This document shows positions 20,702-34,900 of a stretch of 64,000 bases of DNA, in pieces; position 1 is the stretch's first letter, and each line of letters begins with the position of its first letter. A model generated the notes under the pieces. It made no database searches. It was given only the letters and a program-made list of their open reading frames with translations, and had not been told where the DNA came from. The DNA comes from Paragordius varius (Eukaryota; Animalia; Nematomorpha). The stretch spans positions 4,650,001 to 4,714,000 of the forward strand of contig OZ176055.1 in the NCBI GenBank assembly GCA_964247055.1, read 5' to 3'. The position numbers and the translations under genes are program-made.

Positions 20702-23700
20702 TATCATATAAATATTAACATAAACCAAGAATTATCATATATATTAGACATAAAACATGTATTTAATAACCTTTCCAATCAAACCCTGGGCTACACTATC
20801 ACAAAGATTAACAGCAACATCGGCAGCCACATTTTTGCCGATCAAATGTTGTTTGAGTGAATCCAAAATTGGCGTTATATCTGATTGCTCAATACATTTA
20901 TTCGTTGCAACATTGTTTATTAAAGACTTCAATTTAGTGGAGAAAAAACTGCCAAAGCTACATTTGTTCCTTTATAAGTTATAAAAATAAAGGTATAGGT
21001 AAAAGTATATAATAATTACCATTTTATAAAATAGTACAAAATAAAGTTTTTATAAAATACCCATTATCATTTGTTGTGTTATGATCCTTGGATGGCTTTA
21101 TATTTGCAGTTTTAATAATATCAAGATCATCAGAATCATTTTCGGATTGCCAAGACAATGCGTCATCATTTATATCTATTGCTCTCAAATCGCCTTTCAT
21201 AAGTCCAATAACTTCCTACATGTATTAAAAAGAGCATAAATATAAAATATGGACTACACATTTAAAAAAATAAATAAAAAATAAAATATATATTGAATGT
21301 ATTAACTATGTTTGATTAATTTATGATTTAACATTATTAATATAAAAATAATTTACTAAATATAAGTTTTAAATATATAAAAGATATTATAAAAAATAAC
21401 CTTTCCCCCAAATTTTTCAGAAGTTGTAATGTCAGTGGTATTGTTTGAAATATTATCTAAATTTAAACATTCCATTTATAATTCCACTTTGTAAAGCAAT
21501 GAAACAAGTATAAAATTATGTAAAAAGGTTTTCACCTTTAAGTCGCTAATTCTTTATAATAAAATATTTTATTTCAATAACAGCCAATATTAAATTTCCG
21601 CTTAAAAATATATATCCTATGACATTTTAATATAATTTTAATCTATTTTTTATTGATGTATCCTAAAAAAATACCCGGTTCAGAAAGCTTTTTGGGTTTA
21701 GAACTAAAATCCAAAAAATCTACGTCCTTCTCTGTCCCTTCGTTGTCCCATCGACGGGCTTCTTTTTTCTTCAAATTTTTACTGTAAGTGATAATATTAT
21801 TTATATGTTTTATTTATTAATGCTATTATATTAATTGTTAATATTTTTCCATATTTTCTTATTTTTACTCACAAATATTTAAAATAATATTGCTTTGGTA
21901 TGATTTTTGTATGCAAAAAACGCTTTTCTAGAACATAATGATCTTAAAAATGCCTTTTTAATATTTAGTGAATGTTTAAAAAATATTTTTTTGTTATTTA
22001 CAAAAGTGTCGAGATTGGAAAAATTTTAAATTCAAAAAAGCACAAAAGAAAGTACTCATTTTTATTAGCAGCGACAGTTTTCTTTCGCATAGCCGGCATT
22101 TGATTTGATGGACTGCTTAAACCATGTCCGATTTGTAGGGAAGGTGGTAAGATTGGGATTTCGCTTTCAAAATGTTTGGGCTTAGCGATTCCATTAGGGA
22201 CCAGGGGTACTTTTATATGCTCTACATAATTGTGTACATATTTTATTGATAAAAAAACTATTTTATGACTAGCATTAGTTTTAATCAAAAGCGTTAAATA
22301 ATTATATCCAAATTATAAAAAATTATTTTGCAACAAATTAAAAGGTGATTGAGGCAAATAAATATATAACTAAAAATAAATTATAATATGTGTGATGATC
22401 CGTTACTTAATAAACAAATAAATTAATAATTGGTTTAACAGGGAAAATTTTCATTGCAAAGTTGTTAGAGAATTTACTTAAAATGACTGATAATAGAGTA
22501 AGATTAATAAATGATTATCACGAAAAAACAAAAGAAAAACATGATTAGCACATGGTGGAAAAAATATGATACAAATACACCAAATACGACCCAAATGAAT
22601 CCTTTCTGTTGTATCTACTTACACATCTAACAAATATTTTAACCATGTGCGAATCATTTTTTATTTGGATATTCATTTGTTTTTTTCGTGATAATCAATT
22701 ATTAATCTTATGATATCAATTATATATAATTATTCAATTTATAAAGATATTGAATTTATTATAGTCTAAACAGTAATGGTGGTCAAGATTTAAACCAAAA
22801 ACAGTTATATCTTCAATTTCACAAATTTTTTAAAAAAATTATTTTGTCAAAAAATTTGGTTCTATTTCCAGTGCTTTTGGTTTAACTTTTAACATAAACA
22901 GTCAAATTATTGTCTGCCAAAAATATTTATAAAATAAAGGCTTCTCTAAAAAATATTTTAAACAATCAAAAAGTATTATTGCTTCCAAATGGGAAAATTC
23001 CAAAAACTTTTGGTTTAATTATCTAATGTCGTAAGTATATTGCATATTAAAGGGGATTTAAGCATATTTTTAAATATAATTATATAAATTTTATACAATA
23101 TATATAAATTATATATACATATATAAGTTGGTAATTAATAAATTAGTTAGGTAAAAAGGTTACAATAGGAAATGACCAAATAATTTAAATATTTAGGTAT
23201 AAACCTTTAACAACTTCGTTAATATCTTTTGAAGAATTTTTATTAGCATGCGATTTCTTTTTTTCTTTCTCATTTTTAACTTGCTGTGTCTGCTTATTTT
23301 GAATAAAACTTTCAATAGTTTTTTTCGATTTCTCTGACTGCTCAAAAGTACGCATTGGTTTAACAAAATCATTAGAAATCATATTAGAAATAGGCACGTA
23401 TCGCTTTTCGACATCTCTCCATACGTTTCCAAAATCTGCATCAAAATCAAAAGAGCCCATATAATTTTTCTAAAATAAATCTAACAATTACCTGCTTAAG
23501 GTCGTTTTTATATTTGTCACGAAATCTTAGTTGTATTTCATCAAGCAATTTATCCATGTAATTTAAAGACAATATTTTATTTGTTATCACAACAAATATT
23601 AATTCAAACTCATTATCCAATTTATAATTAAGGGCTAAATCCCCATTATAAAAAATTGGAGTGTGTTTGGCCTACGCATGAGAATAAAATAAACCGGAAT

Positions 23701-23826
23701 AAGGGCACTATGTATTAAGGAACAAATAGCAATTCGGAAATCCTGCCGATTTTGTAAAAACTTTGCAGTTTGCAGGGACCATAAAGCAATGCCACTGCTG
23801 GTAAATATTGTAAAAAAATCTAGCAT
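18173..23826 (-). CDS. SRPRA: Signal recognition particle receptor subunit alpha (multi-exon)
   Basis: N-terminus [16 protein letters not shown] and [12 protein letters not shown] (longin/SRX domain), KKEARRWD linker, [76 protein letters not shown]. Stop at 18173-18175. The listed ORF 21998-22288 contains an internal linker exon. Confidence 0.95.
20657..20699. repeat. (TA)n microsatellite in an SRPRA intron
   Basis: About 21 TA units. Confidence 0.95.
22499..22710. mobile_element. MITE-like inverted-repeat element in an SRPRA intron
   Basis: ~30-bp TIR taagattaataaatgattatcacgaaaaaa versus ttttttcgtgataatcaattattaatctta (1 mismatch), plus an inner pair atgattagcacatggt / accatgtgcgaatcat. 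TA at both outer ends. Confidence 0.7.
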
Positions 23827-23885
23827 ACGTATTGAGCGTCAAACGCGAAAATGCAAAACCAATCCGTTTAATATTTAAATTTTGA
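23827..23885. promoter_or_regulatory. Very compact bidirectional promoter region, SRPRA / SKI2
   Basis: Only 59 nt separate the two divergent ATGs (83 nt if SKI2 starts at 23910). The region is locally CpG-containing and has a CCAAT. Inferred from gene geometry. Confidence 0.55.
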
Positions 23886-25890
23886 ATGAGCTTGAAAAAT
23901 AATTCTAAAATGTTTATTTCAACTAACGGAGAATATCCAAATATATCTCCAAAAGGTTGTTTTAACTATGCAGTATATATATTTAATTGTTTAGCCCAAT
24001 ATTGATTTACCACCAATTATTACATTGCCCAAAGATAAGTTAAAACAATGCTTGAAAGACGTTCAACATAATTTACTCTTTAATTTAAACCCAAAAGCCA
24101 AGTTATTATAATTTAATTTACAGAATTTTGAAAAGCAACTCAAATTATTCCTCTCTTCTTGACTTTAGTGTACCAGATTGTAATAGTGTCATAAAAAAGG
24201 TTTACAACTTAAAAAACGGGAAAATCATTGGATTTGAAGAGGTAAGTTTTGTATAAAAATAAGGATATAATAAATGACAATATAACTATTCACAATAAAC
24301 ATGCGTCCTCGGAATTATCTAAAATAAGTAAAAAATAATTGTATTATTTAAGATTTTGAGTCACTTTTTTCCGATGCTATAGATTCGACATACGATTCTC
24401 TCCTAACCAATTATAAATTACCAGGTTTTGCTCCTTTTTTATCTCATAGAAATACATGAAACACATTTAACTCAAGGTATGAAAAATATGGATTTAACCA
24501 ATTCTAAGGCTGACGATGTTAATTTACCCGATGAGAGTTGTACTACAAGTATATAATTTAGCTAGAAAAATTGCAATATTCATTAATAATATTTTTTAAC
24601 CAAAAAATTAGAGTTTAAAAACGGTAGATTAGGAAATAATTTAGTTAGAATAATCATTGAAGTATTAAAATTTTAAGGTTTTAGTTGGATTGTCCAAGAG
24701 CATACATAGTTCTAGATCCTAGTATGGCGGTATCACTTTTTATGGTGCCATTAAGTTCTAGAAAAATAAAATTAATTTAAATAATTTTCTAGTATGATAT
24801 CGAAATTCTAAAAAATATGTAGTGTTTTTCAAATTTTTTACTGTTTATAGGCCAGAGGTTATATATCAATTGAAAAGATATTTAATCATATCAACACTGT
24901 GAGGCATGAAAAAGATATTTTTTAATTATAAACATAAATATATGTGGGAAACGGTAAAAGATATTATGGCCAAAAAATATAATATGACTAATTTTTAAAT
25001 ATAAGTATTCTAAATGGTAAAAATTTACTATGTAAGTTTTTTCATTCCATTGTTTAAACAAATTCAAAAGTCCAAATGCCACCTCTCCGCGGTGTTGGCT
25101 GGGGCATGAAAATGCGCTAACGACAAAGGCCAGTTTTCTAATAATATTTAAAATCATTAGTTGCACACAAGCATATGTTTTACGCAATATATCGCCTCAA
25201 TTATCCATGAAGCATAAATATTATGAATATGAATTTTGCGGAAAAACTCCGAATCCGGAGCCTGTTTTTACTCACCGACCTGCCTAAATCCTATTTTTAT
25301 AATTATTTGCCCTCTCATAAATCAATTTTTTAAATGTAAATGATTTATTTTGGCTACAAATGCACATGTATTATATGTGTTAAAAAGAAAAAGATTCTGT
25401 TACATTATTATATATATTTTTGAGACCACTAAATTTTTAATAATTTAATTGGGTTTTCATTATTATATTTTCCCCTTTAATAAATAGGAGATTTACCGGA
25501 CTCGAAACTAGATATTATAAGGCATAAGCCAAAGTCAGCTGTGGATCAAAGCCAAAAACGAAAATACAAGTGGGCCAAAGCAGTCGATTTAATTAATGAT
25601 GCTGATGAAATATCCAACTTTGAAGAAAAGTTAGATTATAAAAAATCATAAATAAACTTTTTAAGGGAATCAAAACCGTTTATGGTCCAATTCCTTTTCC
25701 TAAAAAAATTTTTTTCGTTAAAGATTTTGATTTCTGGTCATAAGACAACGTAAAAAATAAGCCAAAAAATGTAGATATATAGTTAAATGTTGTTTGTTAA
25801 CTGAAAAATTTTAAAAAATTATATATATATATTATCTATAAAATCGAAATTAAAAAATAAGGTAAACATGCAATAAAAACTTAAATGTAT

Positions 25891-25929
<39 letters not shown>

Positions 25930-28900
25930 TATTTTTAAACCTACGGTTGTTTTACAAAAATTAACCTGTCACCGTTTGGTACTAAAATGGATTCAGGATT
26001 GTTTTTAAAACCTATACAAGAATGGCTAATTAGCCCGTTTCTTTAAAATGGTTTCGGTTTTAATCCCTTTATATTTATGCATTCTTTTATGATGTTTCCC
26101 TTAATGTTTCAGATTACCAAATCTTGGGCATTCTTGGCCCTTCACATTAGACGCCTTCCAAAAGCATGCCATTGTCCACATCTCTCGCGGGAACAGTGTT
26201 TTAGTTGCAGCGCACACTTCTGCGGGGAAAACGGTCGTGGCTGAATACGCTATCGCTCTTGCAAAACGAAACAAAACTCGGTTTGTAAAAATTTAATGAA
26301 TGATTATTTTGTTCGCTAGAAACAATTGATTAAATAAAGAATTAATGATAAAAACTTAAGAGATGTTGTATAGCCAAAAAGTGTATTCATCAGGTAAAAC
26401 TTTTAATGAAAACTTTTTCCACAATAAAATCACCGCATTACATTAAGTAATAATATATATATAAAATAAAAATGGTTAACAAATTACAACCTGTTTTATG
26501 CTTAATTTTACATTTAGAGTATAACAAGAACTAAAATTATTTTTATAGCTCAGAAAGATATGTCGATTGTTTCATATATCGCCAAAACCCAAAAAAGATG
26601 ATATTTGTCGGCGCCAAGCTTATTTTTATTTGTTACAAAAATAATTTAAACACGATTTCTGATTGTAGCCTTTTACTATCATAATATTTCCTATCTTAAA
26701 CTCTTACGATTCAAGTAGTTTGATGATTTACTTAAATATATGACGCTAATTGTTTTGTTTAGTGTTGTTTACACATCACCCATAAAAGCTTTAAGCAATC
26801 AAAAATATCGGGATTTCAAGCAAAGATTTGGCGATGATATCGGTCTTATCACAGGTGACATTTATCTCAAAGCGAATGCATTTTGCCTTATTATGACGAC
26901 AGAAATTCTCAAAGTTATGTTATATACTCATGACGATCTCATTTCCGAACTTGAATGGGTCATTTTTGATGAGGTATACGTTTAATAGATAACCAAAAAT
27001 TCTATTTTATAAAATCGACTGCATAAAATTTATTTTAAAATAATGCTTTCAATATTTGTGTGAATCTTCAATACTTAACTCGATTCCTTTTATTTATATA
27101 TTCTATTAAACGGTACCATTTTTATTATATATTGTATTTTTCGCTTATTCGAATTCGACAATTGGCTAAAATACAATGACACTATATTTTATTAGGTTAG
27201 ATGTTATAAATCATATATGCCTGATTTTTTTTATTAATTTACATGAAATTAAAGAATGTTGCATTTTTTCTGTCTTTGCAAAGGTTCATTACATAAACGA
27301 TGAAGAAAGGGGTGTTGTATGGGAAGAGGTCTGTATTCTCCTGCCATCTCATGTCAAAATGATTTTTTTGAGCGCTACTGCCCCAAACGCATTAGAGTTT
27401 GCCGATTGGATAGGTTTTATACCGTTTAATTTCTTCAAATTATAAGGCTAAACGTAAAAATATTTTTTAAAAAGGACAGCCATACTTTTTTAAAGTTGAT
27501 TTTCTCTACAGTTAGGGTTTCAAAGGAATTGAAATATAAATAAATAACACTTTAATTATACATTCCACTTTTGTAAACATAGTTTTCATAGATTAAATAA
27601 GGTTCAAAAAAGTATAGATGTCTAAAAACAATGTTTTCATCATAGTCCCTCTACGTTTTAGACTATGTAATTTCTTAATGAATCTTTCATCTTTTCTAAA
27701 TATTAGGGTCCATTAAAAACAGACAAATTTACGTTATTTACACAACAAAACGTCCAGTTCCACTCGAACATTTTCTTTACATATCCAATTTGCCTGATCA
27801 AAAGCCCAAATTGATAGCGAAATTGCCAAAGAAAAGTATGCTGATATACCATTTACAATTTAATTTCACCCTTAAACAATTCAAATTCACCCTCAAATAA
27901 ATAATATGTTTTTTAAGATTATAAATTACCTATATTTTATATATTTTTTAAAAATAAAAATTTTGTTTTAAATTAAAATAATACTGAAAAAATAATAAAT
28001 TATACCATAAACATATATTTCATATTAATAATGAGTTATATAGTTTGAAAACACATAATTTATTTTTAGGGTGAATTTAAATTGTTCGAGGGTGAATTTG
28101 AATTGTTCAGGGGTGAATTTGAACTGTAAATGGTATATTCCAATTTTATATTTCAAATAACTTAATACTATTATATTGATGGTCTTTATAACAATGACTT
28201 CTTTTGAGTTACTGCCGGAAATATGATGTCGACATTAATATAATAACCAAATTTTCATATGTACTTAAAAAATTATATATTTGTTTTTTAGCAAACACTC
28301 ATTTATACCATTTTTGTTAGTTTTATATATTTTAACTATAAAATCAATCATATAGAAAAAGGTGGATTAAACCATGTGAACAATCACTTTAGTAAGGAAA
28401 TCGCCTTGAAAGAAGCAAATCATAACGAAAATAATTCTAGTACAGGCGATATAGCAGTCTCAGGTCGAACTTTTCTTTTAGTTGATTCCAACAATCAATT
28501 TTTAGGCGAAAATTATCGGGACGCCAAAACTAAATTGCAGGTTTTTTTACAATATTTAATTGTTAATGTTTAAAAAATTGTATAACAATTAATTTTAAAT
28601 TAATTATGCCATATGCAGTTTGTGTATTTTTTATATATAAAAATATAAAACATTGTGTTCCATTTTTAAAAACCTTGCATGATCAAATGAATATATTACT
28701 TGAAATTAAAGCCTTTTTTTAAAAATGTATTAAACATTTCAAAACTGATGACAATAAACTTTGATTTATGTCTGTCATTTTAAAAAGATGAATTTTATTT
28801 CTTTTAGGTAAGATAGGACATTACAAATTGGCATTTTAATTGTTAATGCTTCTGATAAATTCTGTTATTTTAGCATTAAAGATTTGATTTTTATAAATAA

Positions 28901-31900
28901 ACAGCTTATAATTGCTGATTCTTCTATAGATATGCTAATTATTCTAAGGTTTTTACAAGACTATTCAACATGTTTGATATTTTTTAATTAAATATTTAGT
29001 TATATACCAAATGAAGATGTTTGATTAAAGCTTTTAGTAACTGATACCAGATTAAGAACAAAATTAATTCCCTATGTAGTTTTAATAACAAAATAAAATA
29101 AATACAGTTGTTTTACCACACATATCTCCTTTAAATATAACAGTTAGATATGATATTCTGTTTACAATGTTACAACCAAATTGCGTGTTTAATCTAATTA
29201 AAATTGACTCATCTTTTATGATTTATACATTTAACATTTATTGTTTACATAAATATATCAGAATTATAATTAATGTTTTAAAAATTGTATTGTTTTTAGG
29301 AAACATTTGAAAAAATTAACAAAGCCACTCTCATCAGATATGATAAATCTGCAGCACAGAATCAACCCTCATCACAAAAAAATAATCCACAAGATCAGTT
29401 CAAAAAACATTCGAATTCTAAACCGGCTGGAAATATAGCTCCCAAAGGAGGCGGAAAACATGGACCTAAGTTCTCTATTTTTTAAATTAATGATATAACA
29501 AAATGCCTACAATTTTTGGGTGCCGACCCATTTTTTATCTCTTTTGTGTAAAGTAATTTTTTGTGTTTTTTCATACACCTTTACGCACATAAGTAGCTTA
29601 AAATTTTAGTTTTTTATTCGACATCACCCCACATGGAAACTAACAATAAACCTGGTTGTCCTCGTTTAACTTGGGCTAAAGAGATTGATAAACTGCTAAA
29701 AACAGATTGTATTGATAAAGAATTTTTTCATAAGAAGCTGGATAGTTTACAATGGATAGATAGATAGATGGCTGGTGTCAAGGGGCCCCTTTGCATCCCG
29801 TCGTGACGGGGTTTAGGTGTTTGATCATTGCATTGAAGGAATTTTTGTTTAACCAGTCCCCGGCTTTTATGTTTTTTGGCCTGTAGGTATTGGGTAATGT
29901 TTTTGTCCCATGTTATTGCTGGACGAACAACTCTGTTTTGTTTGTTTGGCTCAATTTGTTATATTTTTTATCCAATTGATGGAGTACCATCAAAACTTAT
30001 TGTTAAACAACAATATCAACATAGGATAAATATAAATATGCCAGATACATCTTGCTAACAAGCCATTTTTATATTTTTTTTTCCTAATTATGCTAACCAA
30101 CGAAAGCATGAGATATATAAACCTTCATATTTTTATTATTTTTGTAATCCCCTGTTTTTGAAAAAGAGAGTTTGTATATATTTTTAATTATGTCCCGATA
30201 AAATATAATTATTTAGGCAAATTACACTAACTCCATCATCTCAAAGTTCTAGTCCTTCCTTGGCACCCTTGCGCGATAAACGGGTTTGGATAGATTTCAT
30301 TAAACATTGTCAAACATGGAATAAACTGCCTGCCGTCGTATTTATTTTCAGTAGAAAACGCATTGAACACATTGTACAAATGTTGTTGGAGAATTCGGCT
30401 GCTGACAACCTTAATCTCACCACCAAGGGAGAAAAGGCAAAAATTGAAGTTTTTTGTCGGAAATGCATTTCAAAACTTAACCCATTAGATCAGGAACTTC
30501 CACAGGTACTTTTCAATTGTTTAATTTGGTTAACATATAAATTTCTCCTTGGAAAAGGGTAAACGTGTCTCATGTAAATTATTCTTTTTTTTCTCTGTAA
30601 AACTTTTTAAACACCCATTTTCAGGGTATTGAGAATTGTGAGCTAAAATATATGCATGTAATAGTTTATCATACTAAACGAGTAGTGATTATTCCGTTTA
30701 GCACTGATTTTAATATAAAGAAACATTTTAATTTGAAAACCTACAGCGTTTTTATGATGTACAAATTTTTTTTAATTCCGTAGGTGATTTACATAACTCG
30801 CTTGTTACGGACTGGTATAGGAGTGCATCATAGCGGAATCTTACCCATCCTGAAGGAAATGGTGGAGTTTTTGTTTCACAATTCGTGTGTTAAAGTTCTC
30901 TTTGCAACAGAAACGTTTGCTATGGGACTCAATATGCCAGCGAGAACGGCGGCCTTTGAGCTACTTCGCAAATTCGATGGCACCGGTTTTCGAAATTTAG
31001 CGCCCGCCGAATACATTCAAATGGCGGGTCGTGCTGGTCGAAGGGGTATGGATACCACGGGCGCAGTTTATCTCCTATTTAAGGTTTTCTTTTTTTTTGC
31101 AACAAGAAATCGGTTTGATATTTTCACAAAAAATATGATTTTTTATTGATAGTTGAATAAGTTTATCATGACTTTCGAGCACATAGTGTATAAAGTTTAC
31201 GGATTTTTTTACAAATTGTTCTTGTAAATAATTTTCTAGTGATTTATATATTTTTCAGAACATTCAAAACTGGCTTCTGCTGTAAGTTCACTATGGAAAT
31301 ATGTGATAGTAGGACATTGTTGGGCATAATATGTTATTATCTTTTATAAAAACATTAGGATTGTATTATGGATGAAATCGATTTAAAGATGATTATGTTG
31401 GGTAAACCGGCTAAACTTGAATCCAAATTTTACCTAAACTATGGTATGATACTTCATTTACTCCAAAATGCAAACATTAAAGCCGAGGATATGTTGCGCC
31501 GAAGTTTTGCTGAATTTTATCATCAGGCGAATACTGGTATATTAATATATGTATACTTTATAAATATATTAATAATATGAAACGCTTATAAATTAACCTC
31601 AAGATTTTATAGAGTATTTGGGTGGAGTGGTATTGATATAAAATTAGTTTGGCCCCGCCAAAATTTTTGAATTTGTTTTACGGTCACAAAATTATTTAAT
31701 AGAATAATAATCCATCGATATTTTTCTGTTTCGATTTTATAGAAAAGTGGTTTAAGAATAAATAATAAGAAATATTTTCTTTCTATAATACCAATTACTT
31801 TAAATTTAAGATATGACTTTATATGTTTTTATTCTATCTTTAGGCCTTATATATTCAGAACGAAAGTCCTATATCCCTATCTTATTTGTAAAACATTGAG

Positions 31901-34900
31901 CTTTTATACATCTAAATTTACTTTTATCCATCCAGATTTATAATTTGATCGCATGTGCGATCTGGTTTTGATGGCCAGCAGAAAAACCAAAATAATTTTT
32001 GATTATTTTTATTAAAACTCAGTTTTATTACAAATAACTTAATCTAATTTTTAATTTTTTGTATCCATAATAATAGTTAAGACAAGGTATTATGCATTTA
32101 TTTTTGTGTATGCTATCCACTAGTTTGACAAATAAACTAAAGTAATATTTAGATCGTTTTTAAGAGTCCAATGAGTTTGCAAAAGATTGTCTTTCCAATA
32201 ACAAATTTTAAAGTCATGTTGCAAATTTAATTATTTGATTGCAGGCTTTAGACTGGAAGAATTGAAAAATGTGATGGAACGCATACAAGAACCCGAACCT
32301 TTCTTATGCAAACTTTGTTCAACTGATATTGATTTGTTTTACAAGACTTTTTGCGATTTCTATAATCTACAGCATAGTTTTATGGTACTTTGTCGTTTAG
32401 ATATGATGATATATTGATTGTATCAATTATATTTACTTTATATTTTATTACAGAACAAATTATTTTGCTATAAACGCCTATTTGAAATACTATGCATTGG
32501 TCGCGTTATCATATTTAAACTAATGCATTCAGATCTGCTAAATATGGATATGATAAACTCTAAAAATCCGAAACAAACTGAAAAAGCTCTTTCCCCCTTA
32601 TTGGCCAGTAATGATTAGTTTTGAATAATGCGAAACCAAGCTTTATTTTGATTCTTTTTTCTTGCAAAACGAAAATTATTTTTTATATATCCACCCAAAT
32701 TTTTAGAAGATTCTGAGTCAAAACAAAAGTCAAATAGTGCATATACATTATGTTTGGGTTTAATTCTCAAAACTAACCGGCATTTGAGTGTTCCCCATCT
32801 AAAGGTTATCTATATAAAACCTAAGAATATGTGCCAAAGAAATTTGGATCTCAATGCGTTCCTTAATGAGGGAACTTTAAATGTTGGACATCTCATAGGC
32901 CAGGGTTTATCTACTGGCACCGCAACAAACGATGCATTTAAAGATTTAATAGCCAGTCTAAATGATTATCTCACCATATTGGTTCAAACTGATCAATTTA
33001 TAAGGAGCAATTTTTTACCTCACATTCCACCAAACTCTATGAATGCCAAAATAAATAATGGTTAATATTATATATAGTTTGTCAATCTCAAAAACCAAAT
33101 TTATTAATAAAACTGGATTAATAAATGCAATTAAAAATTAATTGACGACGACCGGTTTTGTGAAACCGGAACCAATACCGAATCTCAATTTATAATCGAG
33201 TACTATGTATACAGCATTAACCCTGTTACATGGTTTTCCTCATTACTTCACATACTGGGTTGTTTTTATAAAAATAAATCAATGATTGATAATTTAAATG
33301 GTAATATTTTTAAGTGTTTTCTAGTTTTTTAAACATTTGTATTATAAATTTTAATTTGTGATAATGATTATATCTCTAAAATTCATTTATATATATTTTA
33401 AGCTCAGTTAATTGGAAACATTCATATTTATAATTTATATTTTATAGAATATCACGATAGGATTGGCATTTTAGAAATCAAAAACTTCCAAAACATAATC
33501 TACATTACTCATCTTAACTGCCAATTGTACAGTGATTCCATTTTACACCAATACAGAAATATAAAGACACGCTCATCATTAGCTTCTTTATCGATGGCGG
33601 GAAAATTCAATACTAATAATAACAATCCGACCTGCCTAACAAACCAAAATCAAACTGATCTCAATAGTGATTTTAACGCCTTTTTTCACTTTGTACCACC
33701 CATTCTTGAACGAATTAAATGTAAGTTTAAATATTTGACATTTTAGATTTTATTTTTATTTAAATATCATTTAAAGCCGATGTATTTTTTTTATCAAACC
33801 TTATAGTTTAAATTTAAAATTTTTATGTTATTATTAAAAAGATGATATCGCTTCCACAACATTAAATCAAGATACTAATTCCCTGTTCATATATGGGAGT
33901 GACAAAGCTATGGGCTTTAGAATTAAATCCAAAGCGCCACATAACTTTGGTTTGAATAGCAGATTGGATGAGATTCGAACATCCATATTATCTCCAACAG
34001 GTCGTTCATGTTTAATTTCAAATTTAACATTATATCTGTAGTTTTTGTAATTATTTCTAGGGTGTGATCTTACTGCTTAGGAAAGCAACCAGATAACATT
34101 TTTAAAGATAGGGCGTTATAGAAATTATTATAAAATAATGGTATACAATATATAAATAATTATATTCAATTTTAACAATTCATCCAATTTTAGTTAATTG
34201 TTATTAAAATTATTATGAATATATTTAAAACTCATTTTTTTTCTTCAATTTCGTTTTATTTTAATTAGTTGTAACGTATATTTCCGTAATCAATTATATG
34301 TTGGCCGATCTAAAGAGCATTATATTTCATCATAGATGTGAAATCTACATGTAGTACAGGAAATTCTGAAACTAAAATCATAAAAGTTGCCTCACATCAA
34401 TGGGAAATAGATTTGGAACTTGAAGAAATGCTCAAAACACTCAGCGCAAAAATTAGATTGGCTCGAGATTTTAGGTGTGTTAAATCGTGTCCGGCTTTGG
34501 TAATTATATTACAAATTTTGTTTATTATTTGTTGTTGTTGTTGTTGTTTGCTAAAGTCGATTCCGACTAATTGCAACATTGAAAAAATGGCTTCTCCATT
34601 CATTGCGATTTCCGGTTTTGGTGTTTAGGTCGGATAAGGATAGGTTGGTTTCTTTAAGGATGTTATCCATCCAACGAGTTCGTCTTCTCCCTCTTTTTCG
34701 GGCACCACTCACTTTCCCCAGCATCAGTGATTTTTCAAGTGAGCTGGATCTCATGATGTGCCCGAAGAAGGAGAGTTTTTGCCGTGTTAAGCTGCCAAGA
34801 AGTGACATTTCTGGGTTTATTTTATTTAGAATGGTGGTGTTTGAAACTTTGTCTGTCCATTTTGTTTGAAGAAGTTTTCTCCAAACCCATAATTCGAAAG

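Noticed and set aside
21663-21674. Apparent 12-nt GT-AG intron in SRPRA
   Set aside because: Splicing it leads to an in-frame TAG within a few codons. The acceptor near 21460 keeps the frame open.
21998-22288. ORF as a nested independent gene
   Set aside because: Its core (22058-22222) has matching splice phases with the flanking SRPRA exons and is better explained as a linker exon.
23851-23865. Alternative SKI2 start MQNQS spliced through a 129-nt intron
   Set aside because: It places the ATG 24 nt from the SRPRA ATG and drops the KGC-containing segment. The 22-nt-intron model fits better, though only cDNA can exclude this one.
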